From positions 14,756,001-14,820,000 of the forward strand of contig CM022675.1 in assembly GCA_012295275.1 (NCBI GenBank): a stretch of 64,000 nt of DNA, given 5' to 3'. The stretch is from Chrysomallon squamiferum. Taxonomy: Eukaryota > Animalia > Mollusca. The position numbers and the translations under genes are program-made. The notes beneath the pieces were generated by a model. That model was given only the letters and a program-made list of their open reading frames with translations, had not been told where the DNA came from and did no database searches. Below, piece after piece: positions 49,073 through 64,000 of this stretch; positions within the stretch are counted from its first letter, which is position 1; the number at the start of each line of letters is the position of its first letter.

Positions 49073-51794
49073 CAAGTTCCAAAACATTGTTATTAAATAA
49101 AGATAAATTCCCTTCATAAAAATTTAATATTTTTTCACTCTGATTTTCTCAGTTGCCTTTATCATCAACAGATTTAATTTGAATAAATGAAATGACTATA
49201 TCTGAGGATAAACATATTTATAATTTCAACACTTACAGTTTGTTATGACACCTCCAATAGGATCACCCTTGAAATCAAACTCTATGTCCATGTATTTGCC
49301 CTAATAAATAAATAAATAAATAAATAAACACCAAAAAATTAAATTTGAAAAACTGTCAAGTATTAGTAATAAAATAAAATTAGAAACATGTTTACCCTCA
49401 CATCAAAAAAAAAAAAAATAAAAATAAAAAAAAAAAAAAATACTAATAATTAATAAAATAAATAAAAATAAAATAAAAAAATAATAATTATCCCACAGAA
49501 TTAAATGAACTATGATAAAACTAATTTAACTATTCATTTTTATTTTTAAATATTTAAAACAATTCTAGAAAGGTTTTTTTATGCCTTCTATTTTTAAAGT
49601 ATTATTATTCAACACTACTAACTTACTTTTGTTGTTTTTATTAACATTTATTATATATTTATTTATTTATTTTTCTTATGATTATTATTACAGTCACAAA
49701 TAATTTCTTATGGTTTTTTTAAAATAAAAAATATGTACATAACATAGTTTATACTTACAAATCGAGAGGAATTATCATTTTTGGCTGTTTTTGCATTGCC
49801 AAAAGCTGAAATGAACAAAATTTAAATAAATAAACATTAAATAAAGAAGATTTACCATTGGCTGATTACAATACATTGAGTTTTATATTTTGTTAACATA
49901 AAATAATTTCTATAAATAGATAAAGGTTCCAACAACAAAAAAATTTGACAAACCTTCAAGAACAGGATTTGACAGAAGAAGCTGTTCCTTGACCCTGTCA
50001 ATTTCCTGACCTTTCCCAGAAACCTCAGCAACATATTGCATAATGGCCTTGCTTGCCTCTGTTAGAAAAAAAAAAAAAAAAAAAAATTGGTTTTTAAAAA
50101 TGTAAAGAAAACAAAAAAAAACATAACAATAATATAATAAGATGAAGGTTCACTGAATGAACAGTCTGTTTTACAATTTAATAATGATAGTGTCAGAGAT
50201 GGAGTACAACATCCTTGCACCAAGGTCTTCTCAGAGTCACCAGCAAGAAATCTTTTACTGACAAGGGAACTTTTCACTGGTAAATATGCATTTAACCCTC
50301 ACAGATGTCAGACAGGATGGAATGGTGATTACACTTATTGCCACTTACAGGAAGACTCAGTCTGTGACCCATGCATACATTATGTTTCAAAACTGCAGCA
50401 TTGCAGCCCATCCCTTCTCCAAGTGTAGGAGAAAACACAGCTGTTATGTAATAAATAACTTGACACTATCTCTCAGCTGCTACCAGACAACAGTGCCATC
50501 CCGTAACACACAGCTCACTCTATCTTGTAGAAACATTCAGTTATTAAACACTTAGAACTTACGAAAATCCTAATTTGGTGCATATATATAGATCTAATAT
50601 CTGATTGAAATTAACATGTTGATTTGATAAATAAAAGATATTACCTGTTTTTCCTGATCCACTCTCTCCAGATATGATAATACATTGGTCCAAATTTCTG
50701 TCTCGCATAGATCTGTAGGCATCATCAGCAATTGCATAACTAAAACACGAAAGAAACTATTAATGTTAATAAAAATAAATCTCTGGATTTAAATCTTGAA
50801 AAAACAAAAAGTAAACATGGGAAGAACTCAAAGTAAAACAGATTGTGGAGCACTGAAATCGTTTTTAACTCTTTGAAAAACAACACTAACTTTTAAACAT
50901 TACAAAGTCAATACTAATTTATTAACCATTAGAAAGTCAATACTATTTTTTAATGATTAGAAAATCAATACTATTTTTTAATGATTAGAAAATCAATACT
51001 ATTTTTTAATGATTAGAAAATCAATACCAGTTTTTTAACCATTAAGAAATCACTACTAGTTGTTTATTTAACCATTAGAAAATCAATACCATAAAGATAT
51101 ATAATCAGCCTTTTAGATGCTGTCAACATGTTTAACTACAAGGTAGGTGCATCAAGGTTCAAGCTTGTCTATCCTGTTTACTAAAAACAGTGTAACTGTG
51201 TTAAAAGACAAATCAGCAGTGGCATGTCTAAGGTGTGGCATGATCCCTGGGTGCCACTTGACAAGTGGAGCACCACTGAACACTTTATATTAAATGTAAT
51301 TGTAATTTCAAGCTGATTTTATGGTAAAATTATCTTAAAGATAGGTGTCAGGTGTCTGGACTTGGGCATAATTTCATTGCTTGCCACACACTCTAATAGT
51401 GACTGATCTGTCCCTCCTACTCAGACATGAAACATGTAATGGTTGTTTCCAGATACACAGGAGCTGAAACTGATTTGTAGACCCAATCACAGTGTTAACA
51501 CCTATTACTAAACAAGTGACAAACCAGCAAGTTGGTGTACAAATGGAAATTATTAGCCTCGGATGTGTAATTAACTGAGAAGACTGATGTGTGTTAGATA
51601 CATGGATTTCAGTTTCTGTTTGGAGTTAATTAGCTATTACTCAGTTTAGTCTGTATGATTAGGTCTGTTTTAACACTCAGTTTGGTGTACATAAAAGACA
51701 TGCTTTATAACAGCTTGCACTAATTAATCTTTACAATATCATTAAATATTAGTTTAGCAGAATAAAAGATGGTTAACATGTATATGTGTAGAAC

Positions 51795-51855
<61 letters not shown>

Positions 51856-53364
51856 CCCATCACAGATGATATTTAAGAAAGAAATAAAACAGAAGAAGAA
51901 AGAAATACAGAGTATATTTTGGCATTTTCAGTAAACAAAATAATCAGCTATTCTTGGCACACAGAGGCAGTGAAATTCGAGTTATTCTGCTTTTATCAGA
52001 AATGAACCATGATATTACTAGTGATATTTATGAACAGCCAGAACAAACTTGTGTCATATCTCCTTAGATTTCATTATGTCATTGAGGCAGCTTGATAACT
52101 ATTTACATGTGAGATTGCTCACACATGTTTCTGTATATATATGTGTGTTCATATTTTGTTTGCATGTATGTGTGTGTGTTTGCATGAATGCATGTTTGTA
52201 AACAGGCATAACCTATTTTTACCTAAATATCAATTTAATTCAAATTGTATTATCATTTAAGACACAAAAATGAAAATCAAATATTTATAAAACTGAGAGT
52301 TGTTTCAAAAGCCTTTGTTTTATTTGAGTATTTCATTAAACCCTAGAGTAACTCAGAACCAAGACAAGTTCCAGAGAATTTCACTCTGAGGTAAAAATGG
52401 AAGCCTTCGTATCTGTTCACAGACTGCACGTCTCAATGGGACAATTTGTAAGCCCAATAAGCAGAACAAGACAGTGGAGTTCTACAACTAACAAGATCAA
52501 TAATAAAAAGTTGATGAGTCATGCTCAGTGTCATGGCTTCCTTCTTACTTCCTGCAACAAGCAACAATGAAAAGAAGAGGAACAAAAGATGTGACAATTA
52601 TTCAGACTGAGTCATCAAATATTAAAGCTTTTTTTAAACTGTTAATATTTTATGTCTACAGGTAATGGTTGTAATTCACTACAGCACTTTAAAACCAGAA
52701 TTTTTTTTTTTTTAGAGAAATAAAGTACAAATAAGTAAAAACTTATAGAAAAAATGGCAGAAAATTTTGAATGTAGATATAACCACTGTAACTTAATTAA
52801 CATTACTTGTACAATTCTTTTAAAAATATTAATACAACTAATAAGCAATATATACAGTAAATATCTACAGTTACACATACATATGTATGCATGTGTACAC
52901 ATATATACAAAATAGGTCAAAATACGAAATAATTATGAACTAATTTAAATCACAAAATATTTTCCTGAAGTCAAAAAATAAGAAATAAAATCAATTGTTT
53001 CCTCATCAGAAACAAGACAGAAAGTTATTACAGCAGTAGCTCTAACTGATTTATTTGTTTCAGAGAAAATAAATACAGTTCTCACTCATGTATTTTAATT
53101 CTGCTGTCACGGATCAAACTGTAACAGATGATCTCAGTTTGTTTATTCTTACATGATCCAAATATTACAGTAGCTTTTGTGACATTTTCTCATGATGATT
53201 ATTAGAAGAAAAAAAGATAAAAAATTTCATAAGTGGATATATTATTAATAAAATATTGGTCAGACAAATCAAATACATAAAGAAATAAAATAATTAAAAA
53301 ACAAAACAACAATAAATAAATAATAAAAAATTAAACCAAGAATAATAACAGATATAACAACAAC

Positions 53365-53432
<68 letters not shown>

Positions 53433-54154
53433 CAACACTAAAAAGAAAAAAGACTCAAAGAGTATCATTATAAAGAACAATCAGGCTATTTAATCTATGT
53501 CATATCTTCTGTATTGCATGTGCCAGTATAAAATAACAGATGACTCACTACTGGTTTTGATATATTATGACATGACATGACTCAGATATGAGTGGTCAGA
53601 ACTTTCTGTGTGTTTTTAATTTCCCATGAAAATGTATCCGGCTAATTCCAAACTGTACAATTTATTTGTCTTTTGCCTGCAAATACTGGCAGTCAGAACC
53701 TATCATAATTAGTGTCATACACATGACAGTTATAGGAATTGCATCTGCACTGTCTTCTCAGACTGTGTTATAAGCAGACAATAATAGAACTGTATCATTC
53801 ATTGTGAAATAAAAGTGATTAAAGGGCTGGAGGGTGTAAAGGTGTCTGTGTGAATATAAGGATGTAGATGACTTAAGTACTCTATATATGTCAAAATAAT
53901 CACGTATGTGTGTGTGTATGTATGTATATCTATATATATGTTATAAATACATTATACATATATATTTAATTGAGAGTGTTTGAATATGTAAGTGTATATA
54001 TGACTACGTATGTATATATATATATGTATCAGTGTATGTATGTTTGTATGTGTATGTATATATATGACTGTATATGTATATACATATGCATATATGTATC
54101 AGTGTATGTATGTTAGTGTGTGTGTGTGTTATGTGTGTGTATGTGTGTGTGTGT

Positions 54155-54236
<82 letters not shown>

Positions 54237-54567
54237 GAGTTTAGGTTGAACTGGTTGTATAGCAAGCTGTCAGAAACAAACATTATCACATACTTGATAA
54301 ATCAATATTAATAATGACTGTATACAAAAATCCACTGACAGTGAGTGTTTTCCTTTGTCTAACTTCCTCATGTTAAACAATACACAATACATCTATAAAC
54401 TTTTGATTTTGAAGCAAAAGACTATTGTTAACAAGTGAATGCATTGTCATAACATGTATGAGTAGTGTAATCAAACAGTACATTTTATTATGTACGTTTT
54501 GTCTGTTTTGAAAACCAGTCTTAATATATGTCTGCTTAATTTCTCTCTCTCTCTCTCTCTCTGTCTG

Positions 54568-54615
<48 letters not shown>

Positions 54616-56679
54616 TACACACATACATACATAATGACATTTACATATACAAAATAACAACCTCTTTCACGTATCATACACCTTTTCTTTTTTTCTTATC
54701 TTTTTCTTTCTTATACTATTCAGCATATCAGAGTTGCACAGTATACATTCATAATATCTCCTAGACAGGTTAAAATAATAATTAAAATAAGTAATCATAA
54801 GAGAGAACAAAACAAAGAAATAAGGGAGAAAAGTCAGAAAGTTTCCATGGTGACAGTTTTATCTTATCATGGCAGACATTTCACCTGTTGTGTGTCTCTC
54901 ACACTGTTAATACAAAACAGACTACACTCACACAAATGGGAAGAGGGGGAGACATAATTTACAGTTTAATTTTCTAATTAGACATCTCAATAAGAAGCAC
55001 AAAGAGTAACACAGAAATACATTTTCACATGTGTGCTTACACACACACACATCCACACACTTGATACAATCACACATATTTTAATAATAATAATAATGCT
55101 TAGATATTATACAGAAAGTTGGTCTCACACACACACACACACACACACATAGTATTCCTATATCTATCCATCCATCCATAAATACACACACACACACAAA
55201 ATTCAGATGCTGTCATGTTAAAGGCTTCTTTTACAACATAGCAGCATGATATATACCCACAGACAGGACAACACATACCACAGTATTTGACAAATAGTTT
55301 GTTCAGCATCAACTGGATCAGTCCACTACATGATGTCAGCAGTTAACATGACTTGAGTAACTTGCAGCTGGAGTCTGTGTTACATCACTACAGCACCTAG
55401 AGTTAAGTGTCTGAAAGCCTTTAATTAATTGTTTGTAAACTGCTAACAACATGGCGTGGAGAGCTCTGTAAGTTACTTGAGATAAGAGGAAGAATTTGAG
55501 ATATCAGCAGTCTGAGAGCTGACTAAAATATCCACATCTCAGCTAATGATTACAATTCTTTTCAGAGAAAAAAAAAAGAGGACAAATGAAAGAAACAGAC
55601 AGGAAGAATAAGAAAAGGAAAAAAGAAGAGAGAAATCAAAAATTAAGAAGAAGAAAAATGGAATAATAAAACAAGAATAAAATGAGGAAAGAAGACAGGA
55701 ATTCTACCTGATACAAGAGCTGAAAACTTACATTAGATATACATGTGTGTGTATGTATGTGTGTGTGTGTGTACTTGATTATAGGTATGTAAATGGTTAA
55801 GTAAAATAAAAATACATACACATAATTACATACACTGTCACTTTACACATTCGCAAACATACATTCGTAGATACATATACACACATACTCACATATAAAC
55901 ATACATATATGCGTTCATACATCCATCCGTCCATCCATCTACATTCACACATATATATTCATACATACATACTGACAGTCAGACAGAGAGACAGACAGAC
56001 ATTTAGGTAAAGAAAACAGTGACAAAATTAAAGTGACAGAGAGAGTAACAAAGAAGTCAGCATGACAGAATGAATCAATCTCATAATAAATAAAAAAAAT
56101 AAAAAAATGTTTTGTTTGTTTAAACCATGGTGACAAGCTTAAGCTGTATGTTTATAAATGTATAAATGTATGTGTATGTATGACTTTTGAACTGATGAAG
56201 TTGTTAAATGTTCCAGACAGAGTTAATGTAGTAAAATCCAATTACCAACAGGCAGACGAGTAATTTAATTAAGACCTGAACTTAGCCCCCCAACCCCCAA
56301 TACCCACAGGTAGACTCAGATCTGCAGTAAGCCAAGTAAACACTGTCATCTGGAAAACCTGTGTCAAAGGTCAAGTGTATGTACAAAAAGAAACACAGAC
56401 AAATGTTCATATGCAAGCAAGAAAAAAAAAATAAAAAATAAATAAAGGGCCACAAATATATATATATATAACTAAAAGAAAATGATGGGTGTGTTATTTA
56501 GAGCTGACTAGCTGCTATCAGTTCAATGACTCAGACAGACCTTAACTTATTACAGATTTGATTAATTATCATTTTCTTTCAGTCTGTTTTTCACTCACTC
56601 ATTCTGTCTCTTGTTAGACAAATAAGCCAGCCCACATTATGAAGTCTTACTCTGTTACTGTCATACACTTTACATATAA

Positions 56680-56722
<43 letters not shown>

Positions 56723-57140
56723 GTAGAGCATGATTAAGTGAATATGTCTTATATTTCGTCTTCTTTTTCCTCTTCATTTTAGCAGACAAACCACTAAGAA
56801 TCTAATAAAAACATTCACAGTGTTTTGCATGCAGCTGGGAAAAAGGAATACAACACAAAACTGCATAACAGCTGTTACTAGAGCCAGAAAATAAAGCAAG
56901 AAATGAACTGTACCCTGGTCACCCTAACTTTATAATAATAATAATAATAATAATCATCATCATCATAATAATCAGTAATAATATTAATAATAATATTATT
57001 ATTATATCATTATCATCACCATTTTTATTACCATTATTTTACTTAGTTCCGATGAATGTTTGGTTATTATCACCTCTTATCTGAAACGTGTGTTTGTGTA
57101 TTATCACCTCTTATCTGAAACATGCATGCGTGTGTGTGAA

Positions 57141-57200
<60 letters not shown>

Positions 57201-60200
57201 TGCATGCATGCGTGTGTGTGAGTGCGTGCATGCATGTGTGTGTGTGTGATAAACTCTAACAACAGAAAAATTTGAATAGGGTCAAAAGTAAATGTTGGAA
57301 ATGTGAAATTAATGTCAAATCAAATTTAAATCAGTCTTGATATGTTGGTTATTTTATCAAATGCACAGATTGCCAGACAGCTTGACAGTGAGATCAAGTC
57401 AGTGTTCAACGTACACCTGCACACACAGACGTTTGCACTATCTCAAGAGAGGACAAGCGGGCAGTTTGGAAGTAGCAGTGACTATAGTTGTCACTGTTCA
57501 TTTATAATCACCATACAGAAACAGCTAATATTTCACACAAATATTTATTTTTGTGTGCTGGGGTCATATTAAACAGATTTTTATTCATTAATGCTGCCAC
57601 AAAACTGCTTATTTTATCAGTAACCATCAAAGGCCCTTTTATGTAATTCAGTTCCATACAAAACAAAAACACAACAGTTTTTAATAAAACAATCATGTAA
57701 TACCAGCTGCAGTAAGAATGACATTGTCAAGAACTGATCCTGTAACCCTCAGTGTGCCCAGTGAATGTTCAGCCTTTGTGTTATAACCCAAATGTAGCAT
57801 GCAAAGAAAAAGGACACTGTAGATTTACAGAGTTCATTCCAAGGTGACACACTGACATGTGTAGAACCAGCTTGTATTTCTTACACAACATTAAAACTTG
57901 CAGCCTTTTTAACATTTGATACTCCAGTCACAGTAAATCATGTCTCTACTGCTTCTGTCACTATTTAATGTTACCCTCAGTCATTTTCCAACATTACTTA
58001 CCAGTTGGATTAATAGTCCCTCCTAATTAGTCTTGTAATAATTTTTTTTTAATTCCTTTATAAAAAATTGTTTGTGGAAAAATAAATCTGAATACTGTTC
58101 AGTTGTTGGTCTTCACCAGATGAACTTTCCTTGTTTTATCAGAATTCAGAAAAAATAAGCAAGAAAAAGAACATAATACTAGTGATACAGTTTGCATCAG
58201 TCACTGGCACTATTTCAACAAAATGTTAAACACAGGAAAAGACGCAAAAAGGGAAATGTGTCAGGTTACCCTGACTTTATAACAACAACAAAATTAGTAT
58301 CATCATCATCATCAATATTATTAATACCTTTTTCCTCAGAATTGAGACATTCTAGGACTATAGCTGTTGATAATATTACGATTACATTATATGTTCAATT
58401 TAGTTTCAATGAATGGATTTGTGAGGTTACTTTAACCTTATATACAAGGAATGATACACTATAAGAAATAAGGAGAGAACCTATGTTTGATCTGTCTATA
58501 TAAAAGACTTCAGGCATGGGTTTAGGTTTGGTGAAAGGTTAAGGAAAACTGTATCTGTGAGGTTACATCATTCACAGGGAATAGTTTTGAGGGAAAGTTT
58601 GAAGGCAGCATAGGTCTCTGTTTGTGTGGTTACACTGACTAAATTTACTGGTTATTAAGAGAACAAGGCAGAGGTAGAAACCTGCAGTTTTGTTCATGAG
58701 GTTATTCTGACCTTACTGAATGGGTAAAGGAGAAAATTACAGCATATGGATTTTTAATGAAGCCTCTATGACCCCATTAAATTTATTGTGTGGGTGTTTT
58801 ATTTATGAGGCTGTTTTGGCTTCAGGTTATGTTTTCAAAACAAAAAATCAAAAACTGTTGAACAGATTCTTACAGCAAAAACAACAATAACATGGTAAAC
58901 ATCAACCAAACAAGATTGTTTTTTTTATGTAGTGATGGTGATGTAAATGATTTATAATTTTAGGATAAGAAATATAGCTTCATGATATTTCTGTAACCTT
59001 TAAAGTAGAAGTAAAATAACAAAGTGTAAATAATTGATAAAAGTTAAAACAGCAGACTTGTAAGATGTTGCTGATTTCATCAAAAATCAATAAAACAGAA
59101 ATTTAGAATGTGAATGTTAAAATCACATCACTTTCAACAATAATAATTATAATAAAAATAAAAATAATTAGTGGCATATAAACATTCACATAGTATAATT
59201 TATTAGCTTTAGTCCTTGAGACACCCAGACACAAACAAACCACTGATACCAAGCAGCCACAATGTGATTTCTATTTTCAGCTCATTCACTTACCCACAGA
59301 GTTTTTCATTTTTAAGAAAGTAACTATCAGTTTCAAAAAGAAAAAACATCTATAACATTGTTATTTTCACTATTTTGATGCTTGCACAAAAGCAGTCAGT
59401 GGTTTATTTATAACAATGACTTTATTCACATTTAACAAAAAGAACTTTGTTGTTTCAGCTGTTATGCAAATTAAACAGAGGTTTTGGAATCTCACACTGT
59501 ATAAATCTGAGATGGTATCAAGGGACTGACACTAGGAAACATCACATACTAAATCAATAAGCCTTTTGTCTTGTGTATATTCTGTTTTGAAAAATTAACA
59601 GTCTGTGAATGTATAATTTAAGGTATATTTAAAATCAAAAAAGGGTAATTCTTCAGTGTCATGACAAACTAATAAACAAATAAAGGAAGTACAATCAATT
59701 TCATGAAATATTATTTCTTAAATTTATTTACAATTCATATTAAAGTAAATTAATTCTCCAAAATAACATTTTTTAAAAATATTTTATTTAAATTCTCTTA
59801 GTATTAATATTAATAATAAATTTAATAAACAACAAAACAAAAAACAATACCAAAATAAATACTATACAGTAAACAATATATAAATATATAAAATAATTAT
59901 CAAAATTCAAAATACAAATTAAACATAAAATAAATTAATTGATTAATAACAAAAAAATTGATAAATAAAAAATAAACAAATAAAAATAAATTTAAAATAT
60001 TGAAAATCAGATTTCAAAACACCTAGTATAAACTATTTGAAGATTTAACATCTATCAAAAAATAACTGAGTATGCAACACAAAAGTTTTCATCTATTAAT
60101 TGCTGTGTAGGAGTCAAATTTACATCTAAGCTTAGTTAGAAACTGTCAGGCTCTGATGATTTCCCTTTCAAACTTTTTCTACTTTTAATATGTAAATGCA

Positions 60201-60624
60201 AGCTTGAATTAACATAAAGTGAAAACTTATGAGAGAAGACTTTGGCCTTTTTTCACTTTTTTTTTTTTTTTTTTTTTTTTTTTTGAAGGAAAAAGGACAT
60301 TTATCAATAGCATGCCTGTTTGAAACAGGATTTGAACAAATATGTATCAGCATTTAAATGCTACAAATGTACACACGTGTGTACATAGAAACACACACAG
60401 AGTTATACACATACAAACAAAAATAAGACATAGCAGCAGAAATGAATAACTATTCATATGAAATGTGAAGACAAATGTGAAGCAGATTAAATACAAGGTG
60501 AGACTCACATGTGTGGTGGCAGTTCGTAGATGTTGCGACTGCGGTACTCCTCAATGACACTGTGAGTGTACAACGGCAATGTTTTGTATGGATTCACTGA
60601 CACAACAACATTCCCAATGTATGT
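35533..60624 (-). CDS. MYO1B: Unconventional class I myosin, short-tailed (motor domain, about 5-6 IQ motifs, TH1 tail), MYO1A/MYO1B-like; 5'-partial
   Basis: Manually spliced, 30 exons, all GT-AG and phase-consistent: 60509-60624, 50645-50739, 49954-50058, 49759-49805, 49237-49300, 48735-48748, 47527-47611, 47142-47245, 46650-46797, 45938-46056, 45352-45438, 44987-45052, 44142-44246, 43611-43673, 43092-43286, 42556-42670, 42099-42154, 41410-41475, 41014-41081, 40578-40794, 39963-40112, 39317-39385, 38741-38827, 38302-38463, 37771-37902, 37438-37550, 36896-37031, 36527-36685, 35812-35945, 35533-35662 (3207 nt, ends TAA). Motifs: SVNPY, P-loop GESGSGKT, switch I AFGNAKTxxNDNSSRFGKY, YLLEKSR, switch [41 protein letters not shown] repeats, TH1 ([15 protein letters not shown]). 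[14 protein letters not shown] and [13 protein letters not shown] resemble MYO1B as I recall it; the exact orthology is not proven. Confidence 0.96.
41581..42098. repeat. Intronic minisatellite with 37-bp and 30-bp units, abutting a myosin splice donor
   Basis: Core CATTCATGTTAGCAGGTTTGTACAGTGTG; 15 units in the order LLSS LLSS LLLSSS L. Confidence 0.95.
47650..48470. repeat. Compound (CTA/CTG)n microsatellite with an embedded ~60-90-bp unit repeated 4 times
   Basis: CGTTTATTACTACTCCTACGTGTATTGTTGTTGTGCTGTTATTATACAGGTTCTTG occurs at about 47857, 47983, 48168 and 48308, separated by variable triplet runs. Confidence 0.95.
50900..51090. repeat. 26-28-bp intronic minisatellite (TTAGAAAATCAATACTATTTTTTAATGA)n
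   Basis: About 6-7 copies, degenerate at the ends. Confidence 0.85.
54841..54854. promoter_or_regulatory. Candidate RFX X-box in the large myosin intron
   Basis: GTTTCCATGGTGAC; motif match only. Confidence 0.25.
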
Positions 60625-60650
60625 CTGCAAAATAATAATAATAAGAATAA

Positions 60651-60725
<75 letters not shown>

Positions 60726-61042
60726 AAAAACAACAATAATACTACTACTACTACTACTACTACTACTAATAATAATAATAATAATATAAACAACAACAAT
60801 ACCAAATAAAAAAGAAGAAAATAAAAATTTGATGCTGTAGACCTAAACCAGTAACTGCAATAAAATAATCTTTATCATCCATTATTAATAACATGGATTA
60901 TCATCAATCTTCCAATCCTTCAGATTTCAACAATAAACTTGTGTTTTATTATTTTGTTTAAACACAATGAGTCTGAATAAAGACAAAGAGCAAAATGACA
61001 GCTGTTGGCTGACAAGAAATATAAAATGAAATGTACTGCAAG

Positions 61043-61106
<64 letters not shown>

Positions 61107-64000
61107 TTAAAATTCATGTCTGTTTTCCTTTTAACTTATTATTTAGCACATATGCAAAATGAAAGACTTTTAGGAACAAACAAAAACACCCAAACACACA
61201 AATCAAACACACAGAGAGAACCTATATCTACATGCTCATATTGTGTATAAAAACAATAATCAACTGGAAATCAAAATTTTGAAACATGACATTTGTTTGT
61301 AAGCTATATGTCTGACATCCATGTCATAACAAAACGTTTAAAACATTATTTAAACTTTTATCTGGCTTATCTCCTCTCTGAGGTTATATTTTAATGCATC
61401 AATGAGTTATCCTATTTTTTTTTTTTTTGAATATTATGAAGTGGGTCTCTGAGTAGGTAATGTAGAATAACTTAGTTATGTCTGCCTGTGTGTCTTCAGC
61501 TATGACGTACAGTGTATATCACATGTACAGTACATGAAGGCTGTGTTACTTTTTAAACTACTCTCTAGTGCATGTGTACGCATGTTTGTATCAGTCTGTT
61601 TGTGTGTGTGAATTTGAATCTATCCAAAATAAAACTATAAATAATAATAAAAATTTATATATATGTGTTTGTGTGTGTGTGTGTGTATCTATCCAAAATA
61701 AAACTATAAATAATAATAAAAATGTATATATATCTGTGTGTGTGTGTGTGTGTGTGTGTTTGTGTGTATGAGTGTGTTAAGTGTGTTTGCATGCACAAGT
61801 ATATATGCTAATATCTTGATATATTTTAACTTGAATTTTTTAACCATCTCAGTATTTTTCATGTTTTAAACATTTAAAGACTTTTTTGTTTTAATCATAT
61901 TAGCTACCCTGTAATAAGACATTTAAATGATTTAGAAATAAACTATATGATGGCTTTAATTTTTTTCAAATAATGTGTTCAGAAAGGCACATCTGATGAC
62001 AATTATGAAAATGAGTCCATTGTAATTTTAATCTAATTCAATTAAAAAATAATTTTTTCCTGTATAAATTAGATGTAATTGGTAACAAATATGCAGAATT
62101 ATCCCAGCAGATATGTGTGTTACTGGATTTCCCCTGTTTTCTCAGAATTAAAACAAATAAAAATAAATATATTATAACAGAAAAAATATCCAACAAACAC
62201 AAAGCAGACTAAATATGTCTGATAACATTTATCTTCACCTATCACATTTTTACTAACATGCAGATGTTTTTTTTTGTTTTTTTTTGGTCAAATCTGCAGG
62301 GGAAATGTTTTCTTCAATTTAATGTTGTTAACACCTTCCTATCCCCACCCCATATTCATACATATTGATAAATCTATCTACATAAATATATATCTATAAA
62401 TATATGATTTTATACATCAACACACACACATTCATACATATCGATAAATATATAGATATCTGTAAATATATGAATCTATACATCAACACACACACACACA
62501 TTCATACATCTCAATAAATATATCTACATGTATTTCTGTATAAATATATGTATCTATATATCAATACACACACAAGACACACACACACACATTTAAACAT
62601 ATCTATAAATATATCTATATCTGCTATATATCAACAAACACACATTAAATGTTTAATATAGTAATTACATTAAAAATTTAAACACTCCACTCTAGCTTTC
62701 TCTAATCTTATGTTAACCTAACCCAGTTTCAGGTGTCAAAAGGTGCTGGCACCATTAACTTCCCTGAAACTATTTCTGTCGAAGCCTCTCTACCAAAGTA
62801 AGATAAAAGTTTTCTAAAAATGAAACAGCCATATGGTAATCCTAGCAGGCAATTATCAAGGGCCAGACATCACAGATAAACTGTGTAGGTATGAAAATGC
62901 TTCCAGAAGAAAGAAACAGTTGTATTTTCAGCTCACACAAACACAGAAATAGCAAAACCCAGAATAATTTAACACAGATTATGGAAGTAAATAACTGAGA
63001 CAAAATTAAAATGATACTGCTGTCCCTCTCAAACAATTGGAAACAGGCAACGTTCTTGAGTTCTGGTCTTAGTGGGCATTACATGGTTGTCTGAACAATG
63101 AATAGATGAATATGACAAAAGAAAAGGGTAGGAAGGAAAGGAGAAAAGGAGAGAGGCAGAGAAGTAAGGACAGATGGATGGAGTGAAAGAGGAATGAGAA
63201 ATGGATGTTTGGAACAATGTTTAACAATATCTTAACACATTTTAATAATAATAGAAAGTATCAGACATTTTTTAGTGCTGAGATGTAACAAAACTTCTTT
63301 ATCAGGTACTACCCAACCATGAGCAGGACAGCACATACCACAGCCTTTGCAAAACCAATTAGGTAGGTGGAATAGCATACACCCCAATAAAATTAATGTA
63401 AAGAATGATCTTAGAAGAATGGCTTGATGAAAAATAGAGACTGTGTTTAGTTAGTTTTCATTAAAATAAAGAAAGTTTCAGCAAAGTACATACCATTTGT
63501 TTTAATGCCTTTCTTTTTAACAATTATTTTTCCCTTCATAGTGAACATTCTTTTCCTTTTCCCTTCACAACAATCATTATTAATTTTGTTACTTTTTAAA
63601 TGATTCTAACTTATGTGCATATAAAGACTGAAAAAAACCAATTTTACATTGCTAAAAATTTAACATACTGTTAAAACAATCAACTTTTATCAATTCCAAA
63701 AAAAAAAAAAAAAAAAAAAAAAATTCCTTAGAATACATTTCTATGTACCAGCCAATGCAATCAGAGAGACTATTTCCCTAAGCTTTTCTCTGAATAATCT
63801 AAGACATCACCTCAATAATCAATCACACTTCAACGTCCTTCATGATAATAAAATGGCTTCTTCTCCTTTCAGTGGCTTATAACTTGACCAAGGTTATCAG
63901 AAAGTAATGCTGCAACAATGATACCCACAGTAAGGCATGTTTTATGCACTGACCAGTCATAATACATGCAAGAAAACTGATGCCCACAGCAAGACCAGTT

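Noticed and set aside
60625-64000. Search for the myosin N-terminal exon(s)
   Set aside because: No D-M/L-x-x-L...NL-x-x-R-F/Y...IY-type segment was found; it presumably lies beyond the window.

Overview
AT-rich, microsatellite-dense animal genomic DNA. An invertebrate, probably molluscan, origin is my inference from the repeat style and intron density. The main feature is a short-tailed class I myosin (MYO1A/B-like) on the minus strand. I traced 30 phase-consistent coding exons (60624 to 35533, 1068 codons plus stop), including a 14-nt microexon; the N-terminal exon(s) appear to lie beyond the window. The left part holds a 4-exon gene for a small secreted Cys-rich protein (+, 2750-5175) that the ORF track misses. 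It also holds a nest of decayed retroelements: an I-group LINE with RNase H abutting a Gmr1-type Gypsy element with the inverted PR-IN-RT-RH order, plus three 5'-truncated copies of one short retroposon. Further features are a decayed spliced locus on the minus strand (about 19.9-26 kb) headed by a ~90-nt hairpin, CA-rich dispersed repeats with minisatellites, and MITE-like remnants. Most ORF-track entries are microsatellite artefacts. I found no clear new multi-gene system; the best leads are listed as findings.
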